From Candidatus Shapirobacteria bacterium (GTDB lineage Bacteria; Patescibacteriota; Microgenomatia; UBA12405), in assembly GCA_028704885.1 (NCBI GenBank), contig JAQWEN010000001.1, forward strand, positions 523,107 to 587,106: 64,000 nucleotides of DNA, given 5' to 3'. Within the stretch, counting starts at the first letter, position 1; each line of letters starts with the position of its first letter. A program made the translations under genes and the position numbers. The notes beneath the pieces are model-generated. The model was given only the letters and a program-made list of their open reading frames with translations. It made no database searches and had not been told where the DNA came from. Of this stretch, positions 38,297-49,194 are shown one piece after another.

Positions 38297-39056
38297 GTTT
38301 AATTTTAGCAAGTATGAGAGGCGTTAACAAAAAGAAAGCGCCGAGACAAATAAAAATCAAAGGGAGATAATTTTTATTATTAGTTTTAGTGACTCCTAAG
38401 ACTGAATTTGAAGTTGGGGTCGGATTTTCAGTTGGAGTATTTTGATCGGATAAATTGGTCAAAATTACTTCTTCTGGTGGGGTTGAAAAAGGAGTAACAG
38501 TTTCAGTAGGTGTAAGTGAAGGGGTTTTGGTTGGAGTTGGGGTTTTGGTGGTGGTTAGAATTGAAGTTGGAGTTGGAATAATAGTAGGAATTGGTGTTGG
38601 GGTGGAAGTCATGGTGGGGAGAGGTGCAAAAGTGGCGGTCGGAATAGGAATTGGAGTAAATGTTGGTGAGAGTGTTGGACTAGGAATACAGATATTATCT
38701 GAACGTGGATTATTACCTAATTGACCTTTAGTGTAATTCAATTGATCAATTAAATTATTACCAAGATCGTAAAGTGAAATAGTTTCAGGAGATGAATCAT
38801 TTAACCAACCAGAGTCGTGATAAAAAGTCACATAATTATGTGACGATAAACAACCAGTAATAGTTAAATCATCAGTAAGAATATTGTTGCCGTCTCGAAT
38901 AGTCCAGTTATTTATATCGACAGTAGTATCTGATTGATTATATATTTCCACCCATTCTGGTGATGAATTTGATGAATAATTGGAAATTTTAATGGTTGAT
39001 TCGACAGCAAAAATAGGCTCGGCAAATATAAAAATTAGTGGTAATAACATTAACAC
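38286..39056 (-). CDS. Surface protein: lamin-tail domain, Pro/Thr-rich linker, C-terminal TM anchor
   Basis: EWVEIYN, INNWTIRD, WLND, long PT repeats, SVLG plus TM. Confidence 0.8.
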   Translation of the reverse strand: MLMLLPLIFIFAEPIFAVESTIKISNYSSNSSPEWVEIYNQSDTTVDINNWTIRDGNNILTDDLTITGCLSSHNYVTFYHDSGWLNDSSPETISLYDLGNNLIDQLNYTKGQLGNNPRSDNICIPSPTLSPTFTPIPIPTATFAPLPTMTSTPTPIPTIIPTPTSILTTTKTPTPTKTPSLTPTETVTPFSTPPEEVILTNLSDQNTPTENPTPTSNSVLGVTKTNNKNYLPLIFICLGAFFLLTPLILAKIKHEN

Positions 39057-39076
39057 AATAAAAGTGTAGCAGATTA

Positions 39077-40507
39077 CTAATTTAATTTAGAGATAGCAAT
39101 GTCAATTTTGCTTAAAGTTTTTTCTAGACCCAAAGCTGGCAAACATTCAATAACCGGAGGAGTAAAAACGGTGCCGCAAATTGCTACCCGAAAAACCATA
39201 AAAAATTCACCAATATTCCAATTGTTATCTTTGATTAAATCCGTTAATTTTGTTGATAAATCATTAAAATTTAATTTGATTATTTCCTTTGATTTATTAA
39301 GCATTTCAACAGCTAATTTAGGATCAGTCCCCTTTTTAAGTAATAATTCTTTGTCGTATTCGACATCTTCAAAAATAAATTTAGTCTGAATTTTCAAATC
39401 TGATAATTTAATAATTCTTTCTTTTAAAACTGGAATTAAAATTTTAATTTGGTCATCTGAGGCTTCCGGCAAAAACTTTTTAAATAAAATAAAAAGTTGC
39501 TCATCTGATTTTTGACGAAGATAATAGCCATTAAAATAATCTAATTTTTTGTGATCAAAAATTGGAGATTTTTTATGAAGATGTTCGACACTAAAAGCTT
39601 CTATAAATTGATCTAGGGTAAAAAATTCTTGATCAGTACCTGGATTCCAACCTAAAAGCATTAGAAAATTAAGCATAGCTTCAGGAAGATAACCTTCATC
39701 TAAGAAAGCCCTGGCGTGAGTTGATCCGGATCTTTTACTCATTTTTCCGTGACCATCAGCATTTAATAATACGGTTAAATGAGCAAAAATTGGAGCTTCC
39801 CAACCAAAATATCGATAAAGCAAAAGATGTTTTGGAGTTGAGGTTAGCCATTCTTCACCGCGAAAAACATGGGTAATTTTCATTAAATGATCATCAACGA
39901 CAGCGGCAAAATGATAGGTTGGAATTCCATTTGATTTGATCAAAACTTGATCATCAACTTCATTGGTATTGAATTTTATTTTGCCACGGATTAAATCTTC
40001 AAAAATTATGGTTTCATTTTTAGGAACAGCTAAACGAATAGTGTAAGGAATTTTATTGTCGAGATTTTTTTGAATTTCTTCTTTAGATAAATGAAGACAG
40101 TGTTGATCATAACGAGGTAATTGTTTGGCAGCTTTTTGAGTGGCACGAAGATTATCTAATCTTTCTTGAGTACAAAAACAATAATAAGCAAAACCCTTAT
40201 CTAAAAGTTCTTTAATATATTTTTGATAAATTTCGAGACGTTCAGTTTGAACATAAGGACCATAGGGACCACCAATATCTGGCCCTTCATCCCAATTTAA
40301 ACCATAATCTTTTATTGTCTCTAATAATCTGGTTTCAGAACCTTCGACATAGCGTTTCTGATCTGTGTCTTCTAGTCGAAAAATAAATTGGCCATTATAT
40401 TTTTTAGCTAAAGCATAATCATAAAGAAGAGTTCTTAAGGTGCCAATATGAAGCTCTCCGGTTGGACTGGGAGCAATTCTAGTTCTTACAATTTTATTGT
40501 CGATCAT
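39077..40507 (-). CDS. gltX: Glutamate--tRNA ligase
   Basis: RIAPSPTGELHIG, RLEDTD, VVDDH, RGEEW, KMSKR; ATG 40507. Confidence 0.97.
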   Translation of the reverse strand: MIDNKIVRTRIAPSPTGELHIGTLRTLLYDYALAKKYNGQFIFRLEDTDQKRYVEGSETRLLETIKDYGLNWDEGPDIGGPYGPYVQTERLEIYQKYIKELLDKGFAYYCFCTQERLDNLRATQKAAKQLPRYDQHCLHLSKEEIQKNLDNKIPYTIRLAVPKNETIIFEDLIRGKIKFNTNEVDDQVLIKSNGIPTYHFAAVVDDHLMKITHVFRGEEWLTSTPKHLLLYRYFGWEAPIFAHLTVLLNADGHGKMSKRSGSTHARAFLDEGYLPEAMLNFLMLLGWNPGTDQEFFTLDQFIEAFSVEHLHKKSPIFDHKKLDYFNGYYLRQKSDEQLFILFKKFLPEASDDQIKILIPVLKERIIKLSDLKIQTKFIFEDVEYDKELLLKKGTDPKLAVEMLNKSKEIIKLNFNDLSTKLTDLIKDNNWNIGEFFMVFRVAICGTVFTPPVIECLPALGLEKTLSKIDIAISKLN

Positions 40508-40540
40508 GGCTAATTCTATCATTTAGTGTAAAATATTTTT

Positions 40541-41584
40541 ATGTCTTCTTTGACTTACACTGCTGATATTAGTCGAAAATTAATTAAATATGGCGGATCT
40601 GGTTTGATTGCTTTTGTTCTTTTATGGTCGATCGGCTCTATCTCAATTAAAGCTTATAAAATTGCTCATCCGAAATATATTCCGGCTACAGTTCGATATG
40701 GAGCTTTACCCAAAATTGTTTTTCCAGAAAAACAATTCGAAAAGAAAAACTTTAGTTTTGAATTTACTAATGATAAAACACCAACTTTTAGCGACCAATC
40801 AAAAGTCTATATTATTTACAGATCGACAACTAAAATTTTAGCTTTAGAAGAAGGTAAAAAAATAGCTAAACAATTTGGTTTTGAAAGTGATCCATTCGAA
40901 GTTAACGAGGGAATTTATGAGTTCAAAGATTCCAAAACCAATAAAACATTAAATATAAATGTTTTGGAAGGTGATTTTAAATTAAAATATCCTTATTTAG
41001 AGGATCAATCAATTTTGGAAACAAAAACAGTGCCAAATAAAAATAGAGCCATAGAAATTGCCTCTTCTTTTTTAGAATCTGGTAGTAAATATACAGCTGA
41101 TTTAAAAGATGGGGAAAAGAAAATATCTTATTGGAAAATTACTGACGGAACTTTAAAATCAGTTTTAGCTCAATCAGAGGCAAATGCAGTTAGGGTTGAT
41201 TTTTATAGAAAAAATCTAGAAGATAAATGGGAAATACTTTCTCCACAGAATGGTGAAGCTTCGGTTTCGGTTTTAATTTCTGGATCTGAAACAAATGAAA
41301 AACAAATAATTGAGGCTAATTTTAAATATGCTGATATAGATAGAGAATCTTTTTCCACATATCCAATAAAAACAGTCAAACAAGCAATGGAAAATTTAAC
41401 AGCTGGAAATTATTGGCCGTCTTCAGATGTTAATTCAAAAGATGTAGTTATTAGAGATATTACATTGGCTTATTACGAACCAATTACATTGACTCAATAC
41501 GTCCAACCTATTTATGTTTTTAAAGGTGACAATAATTTTATAGCTTTTGTTCCAGCAGTATTAGATAAATATATTGCCAAATAA
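40541..41584 (+). CDS. Hypothetical membrane-anchored protein
   Basis: Long ORF with N-terminal TM and C-terminal LAYY...QPIYVF motif. Confidence 0.75.
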   Translation: MSSLTYTADISRKLIKYGGSGLIAFVLLWSIGSISIKAYKIAHPKYIPATVRYGALPKIVFPEKQFEKKNFSFEFTNDKTPTFSDQSKVYIIYRSTTKILALEEGKKIAKQFGFESDPFEVNEGIYEFKDSKTNKTLNINVLEGDFKLKYPYLEDQSILETKTVPNKNRAIEIASSFLESGSKYTADLKDGEKKISYWKITDGTLKSVLAQSEANAVRVDFYRKNLEDKWEILSPQNGEASVSVLISGSETNEKQIIEANFKYADIDRESFSTYPIKTVKQAMENLTAGNYWPSSDVNSKDVVIRDITLAYYEPITLTQYVQPIYVFKGDNNFIAFVPAVLDKYIAK

Positions 41585-42511
41585 TTAGGGTTGATAAGAT
41601 TGCCAAAAGATATTATCTTTAGCCCAATCGATTATTTTTTTGGTATCAGAAAAACGATCTTCACTTTGAGCCACCACACTAATTAAATAGTGACCGTTTA
41701 TATTAATTAAAGCAATAAAAGAACCACCAGCTTCAGGAGTCCAACCAGTTTTAAGGCCTTCAATCTCGGGAATAACTCCGAGAAGTTCATCAGTGGAAGT
41801 TAGTTCATGTTTGATGGTTTTATCAACATCTTCGACAGTAATGCTTTTTTGTTTAACAGTTTCGGTTACTATAGAATTTTTTATAGCAAGACGAGCGATT
41901 TGTGATAAATCGTAAACAGTTGAATAATGATTTTCGTTGTGAATTCCATCAAAATTAGTAAAATTGGTATTTTTTAATCCATATTTTTGAATAATTAAAT
42001 TCATTTCTTTAACAAAACCTATTTCTCCATTTTGATGATGGTTAGCCAAGGTGAAAGCGGCATCATTAGCGGAATAAACTAAAAGGGCATTGACTAAAGA
42101 TCTAATAGTAATTTTTTCACCCAATTTTAATCCCATAACTTGACCATCAGTATATTCTTGTTTAATAGTTAAAATTTCATCGAGTGGATAAATATTTAGA
42201 GCAGTTAGAGCAGTAATTAATTTAGTAGTTGAAGCAGGATAGATTTTAGCATTGGGATTATTAGATAAGACAATTGTATTAGTGGCAGCATCAAGAAGAA
42301 TATAATTTTGAGTACTTAATTGGGGTTTATTTGCCAACTTTAAAAATAATTTGGCTGGATGCTGATATTGAATTAAGTCACTATTGGTGGAAAAAAAAGA
42401 ATTTTTAGGATAAATCCCCCAAAAACTAAAAGTTGGAAGCCAAAAAAGATTAAGAAAAGCGATCAGAAAGATAATGATAAATTCAAATGGTTTACGTTTT
42501 AGAATCGACAT
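41585..42511 (-). CDS. D-alanyl-D-alanine carboxypeptidase (peptidase S11)
   Basis: PASTTK, SAN, KTG. Confidence 0.92.
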   Translation of the reverse strand: MSILKRKPFEFIIIFLIAFLNLFWLPTFSFWGIYPKNSFFSTNSDLIQYQHPAKLFLKLANKPQLSTQNYILLDAATNTIVLSNNPNAKIYPASTTKLITALTALNIYPLDEILTIKQEYTDGQVMGLKLGEKITIRSLVNALLVYSANDAAFTLANHHQNGEIGFVKEMNLIIQKYGLKNTNFTNFDGIHNENHYSTVYDLSQIARLAIKNSIVTETVKQKSITVEDVDKTIKHELTSTDELLGVIPEIEGLKTGWTPEAGGSFIALININGHYLISVVAQSEDRFSDTKKIIDWAKDNIFWQSYQP

Positions 42512-44288
42512 TTTCTTCCTTTAAAGCTGCTTTAGTTTCTGGTTTTAACATTAAACCAACATCGTCGAGTTGTTTTTGATCTATTTCACTTGGAGCATTC
42601 ATTAAAAGATCAACTCCGTTTGAATTTAAGGGAAAAGCATAAACATCACGAATATTTGGTTCATCTAAAAGCAACATTAAAAGGCGGTCTAAACCGATAG
42701 CCCAACCACCGTGAGGTGGAGCTCCATAATGGAAAGCATTATACATGCCACCGAATTTTTTAATAACTTCCTCCCTGCCATAGCCAATAATTTCAAAGGC
42801 TTTAACCAAAGTCTCTGGTTCGTGATTACGAATTGAGCCAGAGGCTAATTCAAAACCGTTTAAAGTAAGGTCATATTGATAAGATTCAATATCTAATGGA
42901 TCTTTATTTATTAAAGATTCCATACCACCTTGAGGCATAGAAAAAGGGTTATGACCAAAATCTAATTTGCCTTCATCATTAATTTCGTAAAAAGGAAAAC
43001 CAGTAATCCAATTGAAATATAAAATATTTGAATCACGAAGATTTAGAATATCACCCAACATTAATCGAATATTACCTAAAACTTTGTTAGTGATGGATAA
43101 TTTATCAGCAACGAAAAGAATTAAATCCCCGACTTTAGCTGAAGTGGAATCAATAATTTCATTTTGTAGTTTTGGATCAAAAAATCTGGCTACACCGGTA
43201 TCTAGTCCACCATCGATAACTTTGGTATAAGCTAGTCCTTTGGCGCCTTTTTCTTTGGCTAAAGTTTCTAATTTATCAATTTGGGTTTTACTAAATTCAG
43301 CGCATTTTGGAGCGACAAGACATTTAATACTATCAGCATTATTAAAAACATTAAACTCGCTTTTACCTTTGATGATTTCGGTTACATCTTGAAGTTCAAT
43401 ATCAAAGCGAGTATCCGGTTTATCGCTGCCGAATCTGTTCATGGCATCCTTGTAAGAAATTCGAGGAAAAGGAAATTTGACAATAGTTTTTTGAGGAGCA
43501 ATTGTTTGATAAGTTTCTTTAATTAAATTTTCAGCGGTGGCAAAAATTTTATCGATAGTAGGAAAACTCATTTCAATGTCGATTTGATAAAAAGCACCAG
43601 CATGACGATCAGCCCGAGGATCTTCATCCCGCATACAAGGAGCAATTTGAAAATACTTGTCAACACCGGCAACCATTAAAAGTTGTTTAAATTGCTGAGG
43701 AGCTTGAGGAAGAACAAAAAATTTGCCTTTATGAATACGAGAAGGAATTAAAAAATCTCTGGCACCTTCAGGAGAAGTAGTGGTTAAAAGCGGGGTCATA
43801 ACTTCAGTAAAAGCATTTTTATCCATCCAATTGCGGACGGCTAAAATATATTTGCTTTTGCTTTGCATAATTTTGGCAAGTCGAGGACGACGCAAATCAA
43901 GATAGCGATATTTTAATCTTAATGATTCGTCTAATTCAGTACCATCGGTGTCGAGAGGAAAAGGAGAAACTTCACTTTTATTTAAAACCGTTAATTTTTC
44001 ACAAGTAATTTCAATGGTGCCGGTAGGAATTTTTTTATTAATAGCTTTTTCGTTTCTGTTGACAACTTTGCCTTCAATTTCAATTACCCATTCCATACCA
44101 ACAGTTGAGGCTAATTTATGAATTTCTTGACTATTATTGGCATCGATAACAATTTGAATATTTCCACTCCAATCTCGAAAGTCGATAAAAATTAATTGGC
44201 CATGATCGCGGATATTACTGGCCCAACCTTGAATTAAAACTTTTTCTCCTATTTTTTGGAGACAATCTATTGCAAGTATTCTTTCCAT
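42492..44288 (-). CDS. aspS: Aspartate--tRNA ligase
   Basis: [30 protein letters not shown] domain, GAPPHGG. Confidence 0.97.
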   Translation of the reverse strand: MERILAIDCLQKIGEKVLIQGWASNIRDHGQLIFIDFRDWSGNIQIVIDANNSQEIHKLASTVGMEWVIEIEGKVVNRNEKAINKKIPTGTIEITCEKLTVLNKSEVSPFPLDTDGTELDESLRLKYRYLDLRRPRLAKIMQSKSKYILAVRNWMDKNAFTEVMTPLLTTTSPEGARDFLIPSRIHKGKFFVLPQAPQQFKQLLMVAGVDKYFQIAPCMRDEDPRADRHAGAFYQIDIEMSFPTIDKIFATAENLIKETYQTIAPQKTIVKFPFPRISYKDAMNRFGSDKPDTRFDIELQDVTEIIKGKSEFNVFNNADSIKCLVAPKCAEFSKTQIDKLETLAKEKGAKGLAYTKVIDGGLDTGVARFFDPKLQNEIIDSTSAKVGDLILFVADKLSITNKVLGNIRLMLGDILNLRDSNILYFNWITGFPFYEINDEGKLDFGHNPFSMPQGGMESLINKDPLDIESYQYDLTLNGFELASGSIRNHEPETLVKAFEIIGYGREEVIKKFGGMYNAFHYGAPPHGGWAIGLDRLLMLLLDEPNIRDVYAFPLNSNGVDLLMNAPSEIDQKQLDDVGLMLKPETKAALKEENVDSKT

Positions 44289-44318
44289 GTGAGTATTTTA
44301 CTTCAGAACTAATAGGTT

Positions 44319-45935
44319 TTAAACAGGAAAAATTTCTTTAACGATAAGTTGGGGAGAAGTGGTGCCGTTCCAGATATTTAAATCTAAAGAGGCGACGAGG
44401 TTGACACAATCACCGACATTTAAAGTTTTGTCTAAATCCCCTTTTTTAAAAGCGATGGCATCAATATTGTCGAACTTTAATTTTAAATGATCACCAGTGG
44501 AACCGAGAATTCTTTTTTGAGTAATACAAAGATTTTTAAATAAAAATAAAGGTTTTGGATTATCAATTCCAAATGGCTCGAATTGATTAATTAGGTGGCA
44601 ATTTTTAATATTAACAGCCGATAAATCCATTTCAGCTTCGACAATTATTGATGGTTTTAAATCAATATTTTTAAGTTCTTTATTAATAAAATTGGTAATT
44701 TTAGTTTTAAATTTGGTTATATTTTCGGTTTTAATAGTAAAACCAGCAGCACCGGCATGCCCACCCAGTTCGACAAGCTCACTGTCAAATTGGCGAAGAG
44801 CCTCAATAATATTGAATTCTTTTATAGATCGACAAGAAGCTTTGGAATATTCTTTGCCGATGCTAATAATAATTGAAGGTAAATAATATTTTTCAGTAAG
44901 CCGTCCGGCAATTAGACCAATAATTCCAGGTAAAAATTCTTTATGGGCAATAAAAACTAATTTATTTTGATTATTTAAATTATTTTCCTCGGCAATTTTT
45001 AAATTATCTTTTTGAATTGATTGGCGGTCTTGATTAAATTTATCTAAATTTTGGGCGTATTTTGAAGCTTGAAGTAAATTTTGGCTACATAAAAGCCTTA
45101 GGGCTTCAGTTGGATTGGAAAGACGACCGACAGCATTAAGACGAGGGCCAATGACAAAAGCTAAATCGTAGGCTGAAAGAGAATCCTGTTTGATACCACT
45201 GATTTCAACAAGTTTTTTGATGCCGAGATTGGGATTAAGACGCAAAGATTGAAGACCATGAATAACAATATTTCGATTAATACCAACTAATGGAAGACAA
45301 TCAGCAACGGTGCCGGCAGCGGCTAAACCAATGTCGGCTTTTTTGTCAAAATGAGAGGCAAAAAACCAAGAAAGAGCCGAACCGGAAAAATTAGTGGAAT
45401 GAATTATGGCTGATACTTTAGGAAGAGTTTCGGTTGGTAAATGATGATCAATAATAATAATGTCAGTATTTTTTTTGATAATTTTGGCTAATTCTTTGTT
45501 GGCTACAATGCCATTGTCAACCGTAATTAAAAGGTCAAAATGAAGATTTTTGGCGATTTCAAAATCGAAAAAAGATTTTGATTTAATGCCATAACCATCA
45601 GTTTCACGGTCAGGAATAAAGGGTAAAATTTTAGCGCCAAGTTGATGTAAAACCTGCCAAAGAATAGCGGTTGAGGTTAGACCATCAACATCATAATCGC
45701 CATAAATAAGGATATTTTCATTATTTTTTATAGCTTTATTTACCCTCTCTATGGCTTTTTTTAATTCTCTTTTATTAATATCAAAATCTGAAACAATGGG
45801 AAAATGAGGTTTAAAAAAATCTTGATATTCCGATTTTTTAAGTTGACGATTTTTTAGTAAAAGATCAATAAAATCTAACTCGGAAAAAGACTTGGTAATA
45901 ATTTGTTTATTTTTTAAAACGATTTGGGAAAACAT
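44319..45935 (-). CDS. recJ: ssDNA exonuclease RecJ
   Basis: YGDYDVDG, ITVDNG, DHH, GTVAD, PRLNAVGR, GGHAGAAG, EPFGIDNP; ATG 45935. Confidence 0.95.
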   Translation of the reverse strand: MFSQIVLKNKQIITKSFSELDFIDLLLKNRQLKKSEYQDFFKPHFPIVSDFDINKRELKKAIERVNKAIKNNENILIYGDYDVDGLTSTAILWQVLHQLGAKILPFIPDRETDGYGIKSKSFFDFEIAKNLHFDLLITVDNGIVANKELAKIIKKNTDIIIIDHHLPTETLPKVSAIIHSTNFSGSALSWFFASHFDKKADIGLAAAGTVADCLPLVGINRNIVIHGLQSLRLNPNLGIKKLVEISGIKQDSLSAYDLAFVIGPRLNAVGRLSNPTEALRLLCSQNLLQASKYAQNLDKFNQDRQSIQKDNLKIAEENNLNNQNKLVFIAHKEFLPGIIGLIAGRLTEKYYLPSIIISIGKEYSKASCRSIKEFNIIEALRQFDSELVELGGHAGAAGFTIKTENITKFKTKITNFINKELKNIDLKPSIIVEAEMDLSAVNIKNCHLINQFEPFGIDNPKPLFLFKNLCITQKRILGSTGDHLKLKFDNIDAIAFKKGDLDKTLNVGDCVNLVASLDLNIWNGTTSPQLIVKEIFPV

Positions 45936-46065
45936 GGAGATATTAAATTGTACACTTTTTTTATTTGAAATCAGTGTTAAACTAACAAGAAAATTAAGCA
46001 AAATAGCTTGCTTTATATATTTTCGAACATTGACAGACAATAAACTTAGAAAGGAAGTGATATAG

Positions 46066-46449
46066 ATGTCGGAACAAGGTCGGATTAAAGATTATCTGAA
46101 AATAGTAACTGAAAAACTGGAGTTTATTCAAGACAGTGAACGGTTCAATTCTGGCGATCCGATACACGACTTGGTGGCAATATCTATAGAAATTTCAAAT
46201 ATAAAAATGACAACAAACATTTATCGAGTCTATTTTTTAACCATGGGGGAAATACAATTTGCTAGTTTTAGAATGAATGTAATAGGTCCAATTAAAGATT
46301 TTTTCGAATTGTTTTGTAAAGAATCTATTGAAAAGACTGAACTTGATCCTGTTAAAGCAGAAATAATGTTAACGTACGCAAGAAAGAAAATAGGAATTTT
46401 TGTTCATGATCTGAAATTCAAAAAACTAACAAGTGCATTTGACGAGTAA
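46066..46449 (+). CDS. Hypothetical protein
   Basis: 127-aa ORF with SD (AAAGGAAGTGA) and a downstream terminator. Confidence 0.65.
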   Translation: MSEQGRIKDYLKIVTEKLEFIQDSERFNSGDPIHDLVAISIEISNIKMTTNIYRVYFLTMGEIQFASFRMNVIGPIKDFFELFCKESIEKTELDPVKAEIMLTYARKKIGIFVHDLKFKKLTSAFDE

Positions 46450-46467
46450 TGTCTGTCTTGATAATTT

Positions 46468-46524
46468 AAAGGAAGAAAATAGATATCCAATTCATTTTGG
46501 ACATTTGTTTTCTTCCTTTTTTAT
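46468..46524 (+). terminator. Intrinsic terminator-like hairpin
   Basis: AAAGGAAGAAAA...TCCAA/TTGGA...TTTTCTTCCTTT followed by a T run. Confidence 0.6.
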
Positions 46525-46632
46525 TTTTTTTGATTAAAAATAAATTAGGGATATAATTTTGGTAGTTGAGATTTTTGCCAAAAATCTTAGCTTATTATTT
46601 TTGTAAAAACATTTAAGGAGCTTTTAAAAAAT

Positions 46633-46914
46633 ATGGCAAAAAAATTATTTATTGGTAATCTACCTTTTGCGATTAATCAAGATCAATTAAGGGAAATATT
46701 TGCTGTTTATGGATCAGTAGCTTCAGTAAATATTGTGATAGATAAATTTTCCGGCAGATCCAAAGGTTTTGGATTTGTGGAGTTTGAAAAAGATGAAGAT
46801 GCTGCAAAGGCAATTGAAGGATTGAATAATAGTGAACAAATGGGAAGAAATATTGCTGTGAAAGAGGCTATTCCTAGACCGGAACAGCCATTAGTGGAAC
46901 AACCTGCTGCTTAA
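46633..46914 (+). CDS. Single-RRM RNA-binding protein
   Basis: KLFIGNL, SKGFGFVEF; SD AAGGAG. Confidence 0.93.
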   Translation: MAKKLFIGNLPFAINQDQLREIFAVYGSVASVNIVIDKFSGRSKGFGFVEFEKDEDAAKAIEGLNNSEQMGRNIAVKEAIPRPEQPLVEQPAA

Positions 46915-46916
46915 AA

Positions 46917-46965
46917 TCCCCTTTCCTTCGTTTTACTCAGGATCTCCCCTTGAAGAAGGGGAGAT
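46917..46965. repeat. Double-hairpin REP-like element, copy 2 (intergenic, may act as terminator)
   Basis: ATCTCCCCTT-GAAG-AAGGGGAGAT (46942-46965) preceded by a degenerate first hairpin. Confidence 0.75.
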
Positions 46966-46996
46966 TTTATTTAAATGAGGTAAAATATAAACATAG

Positions 46997-48319
46997 ATGA
47001 ATAATTTTATAATTCCTGAAAAGGTGGAAAAGTTGATTAAAAAGTTTAGAGAAAATGGAGCTGAAATTTATATTGTCGGCGGAGCTGTTCGTGACTTGAT
47101 TTTAAAAAGAGAAGTAAAGGATTGGGATTTTACAACTAATTTAGAGCCGGAAGAAATGCAAAAGATTTTTCCCAAAAATAGTTTTTATAATAATAAATTT
47201 GGAACCATTAGTGTGGTTGAAGGCGATGATATTTTTGAAGTAACTACTTTTAGAACTGAAAAGAGTTACTCCGATTCCAGACATCCAGATGAGATTAAAT
47301 GGGGAAAAACATTAGAAGAAGATTTACAAAGAAGAGATTTTACCATTAACGCAATTGCCCTAGATTGGGATAAAAAAATAATTGATTTGTATGAAGGACA
47401 AATTGATTTGGAAAATAAAATTATTAGAACTGTAGGAAATCCAGATGAAAGATTTGGTGAAGATGCTTTAAGAATGATAAGAGCGATTAGAATTGCCAGT
47501 CAAATTGGATTTTTAATTGAAGAGAAAACTTTTGAGTCGATTCGAAAGAATGCAGAACTAATTCAAAAAATAGCCGGTGAAAGAATTAGAGATGAATTAT
47601 TCAAAATATTAACCTCCCCTATTCCTAGCCAAGGAATTATTTTATTAAAAAATTCTGGCTTGTTGCATGAGATAATTCCAGAATTATTGGATGGATACGG
47701 AATGGTTCAAAAAGGTCATCACATTGATGATGTGTGGACTCATAACTTAAAAACTTTGGATCATTGCGATACTAAAAATCCAATCACAAAATTAGCGGCA
47801 ATGCTTCATGATGTAGGAAAACCAAAATCAATGATGGGGATCGGAAAAGCAAGAACTTTTCATAATCACGAAATTATTGGATCAAGAATGGCAATGGTTA
47901 TTGGAAAAAGATTGAGACTTTCCAATAAAGAATTGGAACAATTATTTAAACTAGTGAGATGGCATATGTTTACGACTGAGGCTACTCAAACAGATAAGGC
48001 AGTGCGAAGATTTATTCGAAATGTGACTTTAGACTATATCGATGAAATGATTGCTTTAAGACGGGCTGATCGCTTGGGAAGTGGGGCTAAAGAGAGTAGT
48101 TGGCGTTGGGAATTGTTTAAAGAAAGAATTGTGGAAGTGCAAAAACAGCCATTTTGTATTAAAGATTTGAAAATTAACGGAAAAGATGTAATGGATATTT
48201 TAAAAATAAAACCGAGCCGAAAAGTCGGAGAAGTTTTAACGGCTATCTTTAAAGAAGTGGAAGAAAAACCGGAATTAAATGAAAGAGAAATTTTGTTGAA
48301 GAAAATTGAAAATTTTTAA
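46997..48319 (+). CDS. cca: CCA tRNA nucleotidyltransferase with HD domain
   Basis: VGGAVRD, DWDFTT, EVTTFR, RRDFTINA, EDALR, ERIRDE, LHDVGK. Confidence 0.92.
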   Translation: MNNFIIPEKVEKLIKKFRENGAEIYIVGGAVRDLILKREVKDWDFTTNLEPEEMQKIFPKNSFYNNKFGTISVVEGDDIFEVTTFRTEKSYSDSRHPDEIKWGKTLEEDLQRRDFTINAIALDWDKKIIDLYEGQIDLENKIIRTVGNPDERFGEDALRMIRAIRIASQIGFLIEEKTFESIRKNAELIQKIAGERIRDELFKILTSPIPSQGIILLKNSGLLHEIIPELLDGYGMVQKGHHIDDVWTHNLKTLDHCDTKNPITKLAAMLHDVGKPKSMMGIGKARTFHNHEIIGSRMAMVIGKRLRLSNKELEQLFKLVRWHMFTTEATQTDKAVRRFIRNVTLDYIDEMIALRRADRLGSGAKESSWRWELFKERIVEVQKQPFCIKDLKINGKDVMDILKIKPSRKVGEVLTAIFKEVEEKPELNEREILLKKIENF

Positions 48320-48330
48320 TAGGATGGCTT

Positions 48331-49194
48331 CTATTTTTTCTTTTTATTTCTTTTGAAGAAAAGAACTAGAGGAATGGCAACACCGGTTGACGAATAAGTT
48401 CCACAAACTACACCAATTAAAAGAGCAGTGGCAAACCATTTAGTAGTGGAACCACCAAGAACAACCAAAGAAAGTAACATAAAGACAATAGTCATGGAAT
48501 TATTAATAGATCGGCTTAAAGTTTCAGTGACAGCTTGATTGGCAAGATTAACCCAATCTAAGGTTAAATTTTTTAACTTTAATTCACGAATACGATTAAA
48601 AGTAACGACGGTGTCATGGACGGATGAAGAAAGAGTGGTTAAAAGAGCAGTTACAAAAAGAGAATCTAACTCGGCACCAAAAAAATGACCTAAAATAGAA
48701 AAACTTCCAATTAAAATAAAAGTATCGTGAAGCATGGCAATAATAGCACCAGCACCAAAAGAGAAATCTTTGAAACGACGACCGATAAAAAGAAGTAAAA
48801 ACAACGACGATAAAACAATGGCCATAACTGTTTTTCGTAATAATTCTTTTCCTAAGGTGGCACCAAGAGTTTCGAATTTTAATTCCTGATAATTTTGATC
48901 TATCTTTTTGATTTCATCATTTAAAATATTTTTTTGATCAGAAGTAATGTCTTTAAACTCCAAATGATATTTGGTGTTATTTTTGGTAATAACTAATTTA
49001 TCAATGTTATTTTTAGTAAAAATTTCGGTTATTTTTGAATTCTCTGGGGCAGATGGTAAATTTAATTCCCAAACAGCACCGCCAACGAAATCGATTGATG
49101 GTTTAAATCCCCAAAAAACTATTGATAGTAACGAAGAAATTAAAAGAAGTGAAGAAATAATTAAAAATAATGGCCTAAATTTCATGATGTTCAT
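48331..49194 (-). CDS. secF: Protein translocase subunit SecF
   Basis: SIDFVGG, LHD, SVHDTVVTFNRIRE, GTYSS. Confidence 0.94.
   Translation of the reverse strand: MNIMKFRPLFLIISSLLLISSLLSIVFWGFKPSIDFVGGAVWELNLPSAPENSKITEIFTKNNIDKLVITKNNTKYHLEFKDITSDQKNILNDEIKKIDQNYQELKFETLGATLGKELLRKTVMAIVLSSLFLLLFIGRRFKDFSFGAGAIIAMLHDTFILIGSFSILGHFFGAELDSLFVTALLTTLSSSVHDTVVTFNRIRELKLKNLTLDWVNLANQAVTETLSRSINNSMTIVFMLLSLVVLGGSTTKWFATALLIGVVCGTYSSTGVAIPLVLFFKRNKKKK

Noticed and set aside
38455-38724. Val/Gly-rich + strand ORF and apparent short repeats
   Set aside because: This is the antisense shadow of the Pro/Thr linker; not a CRISPR array or a gene.
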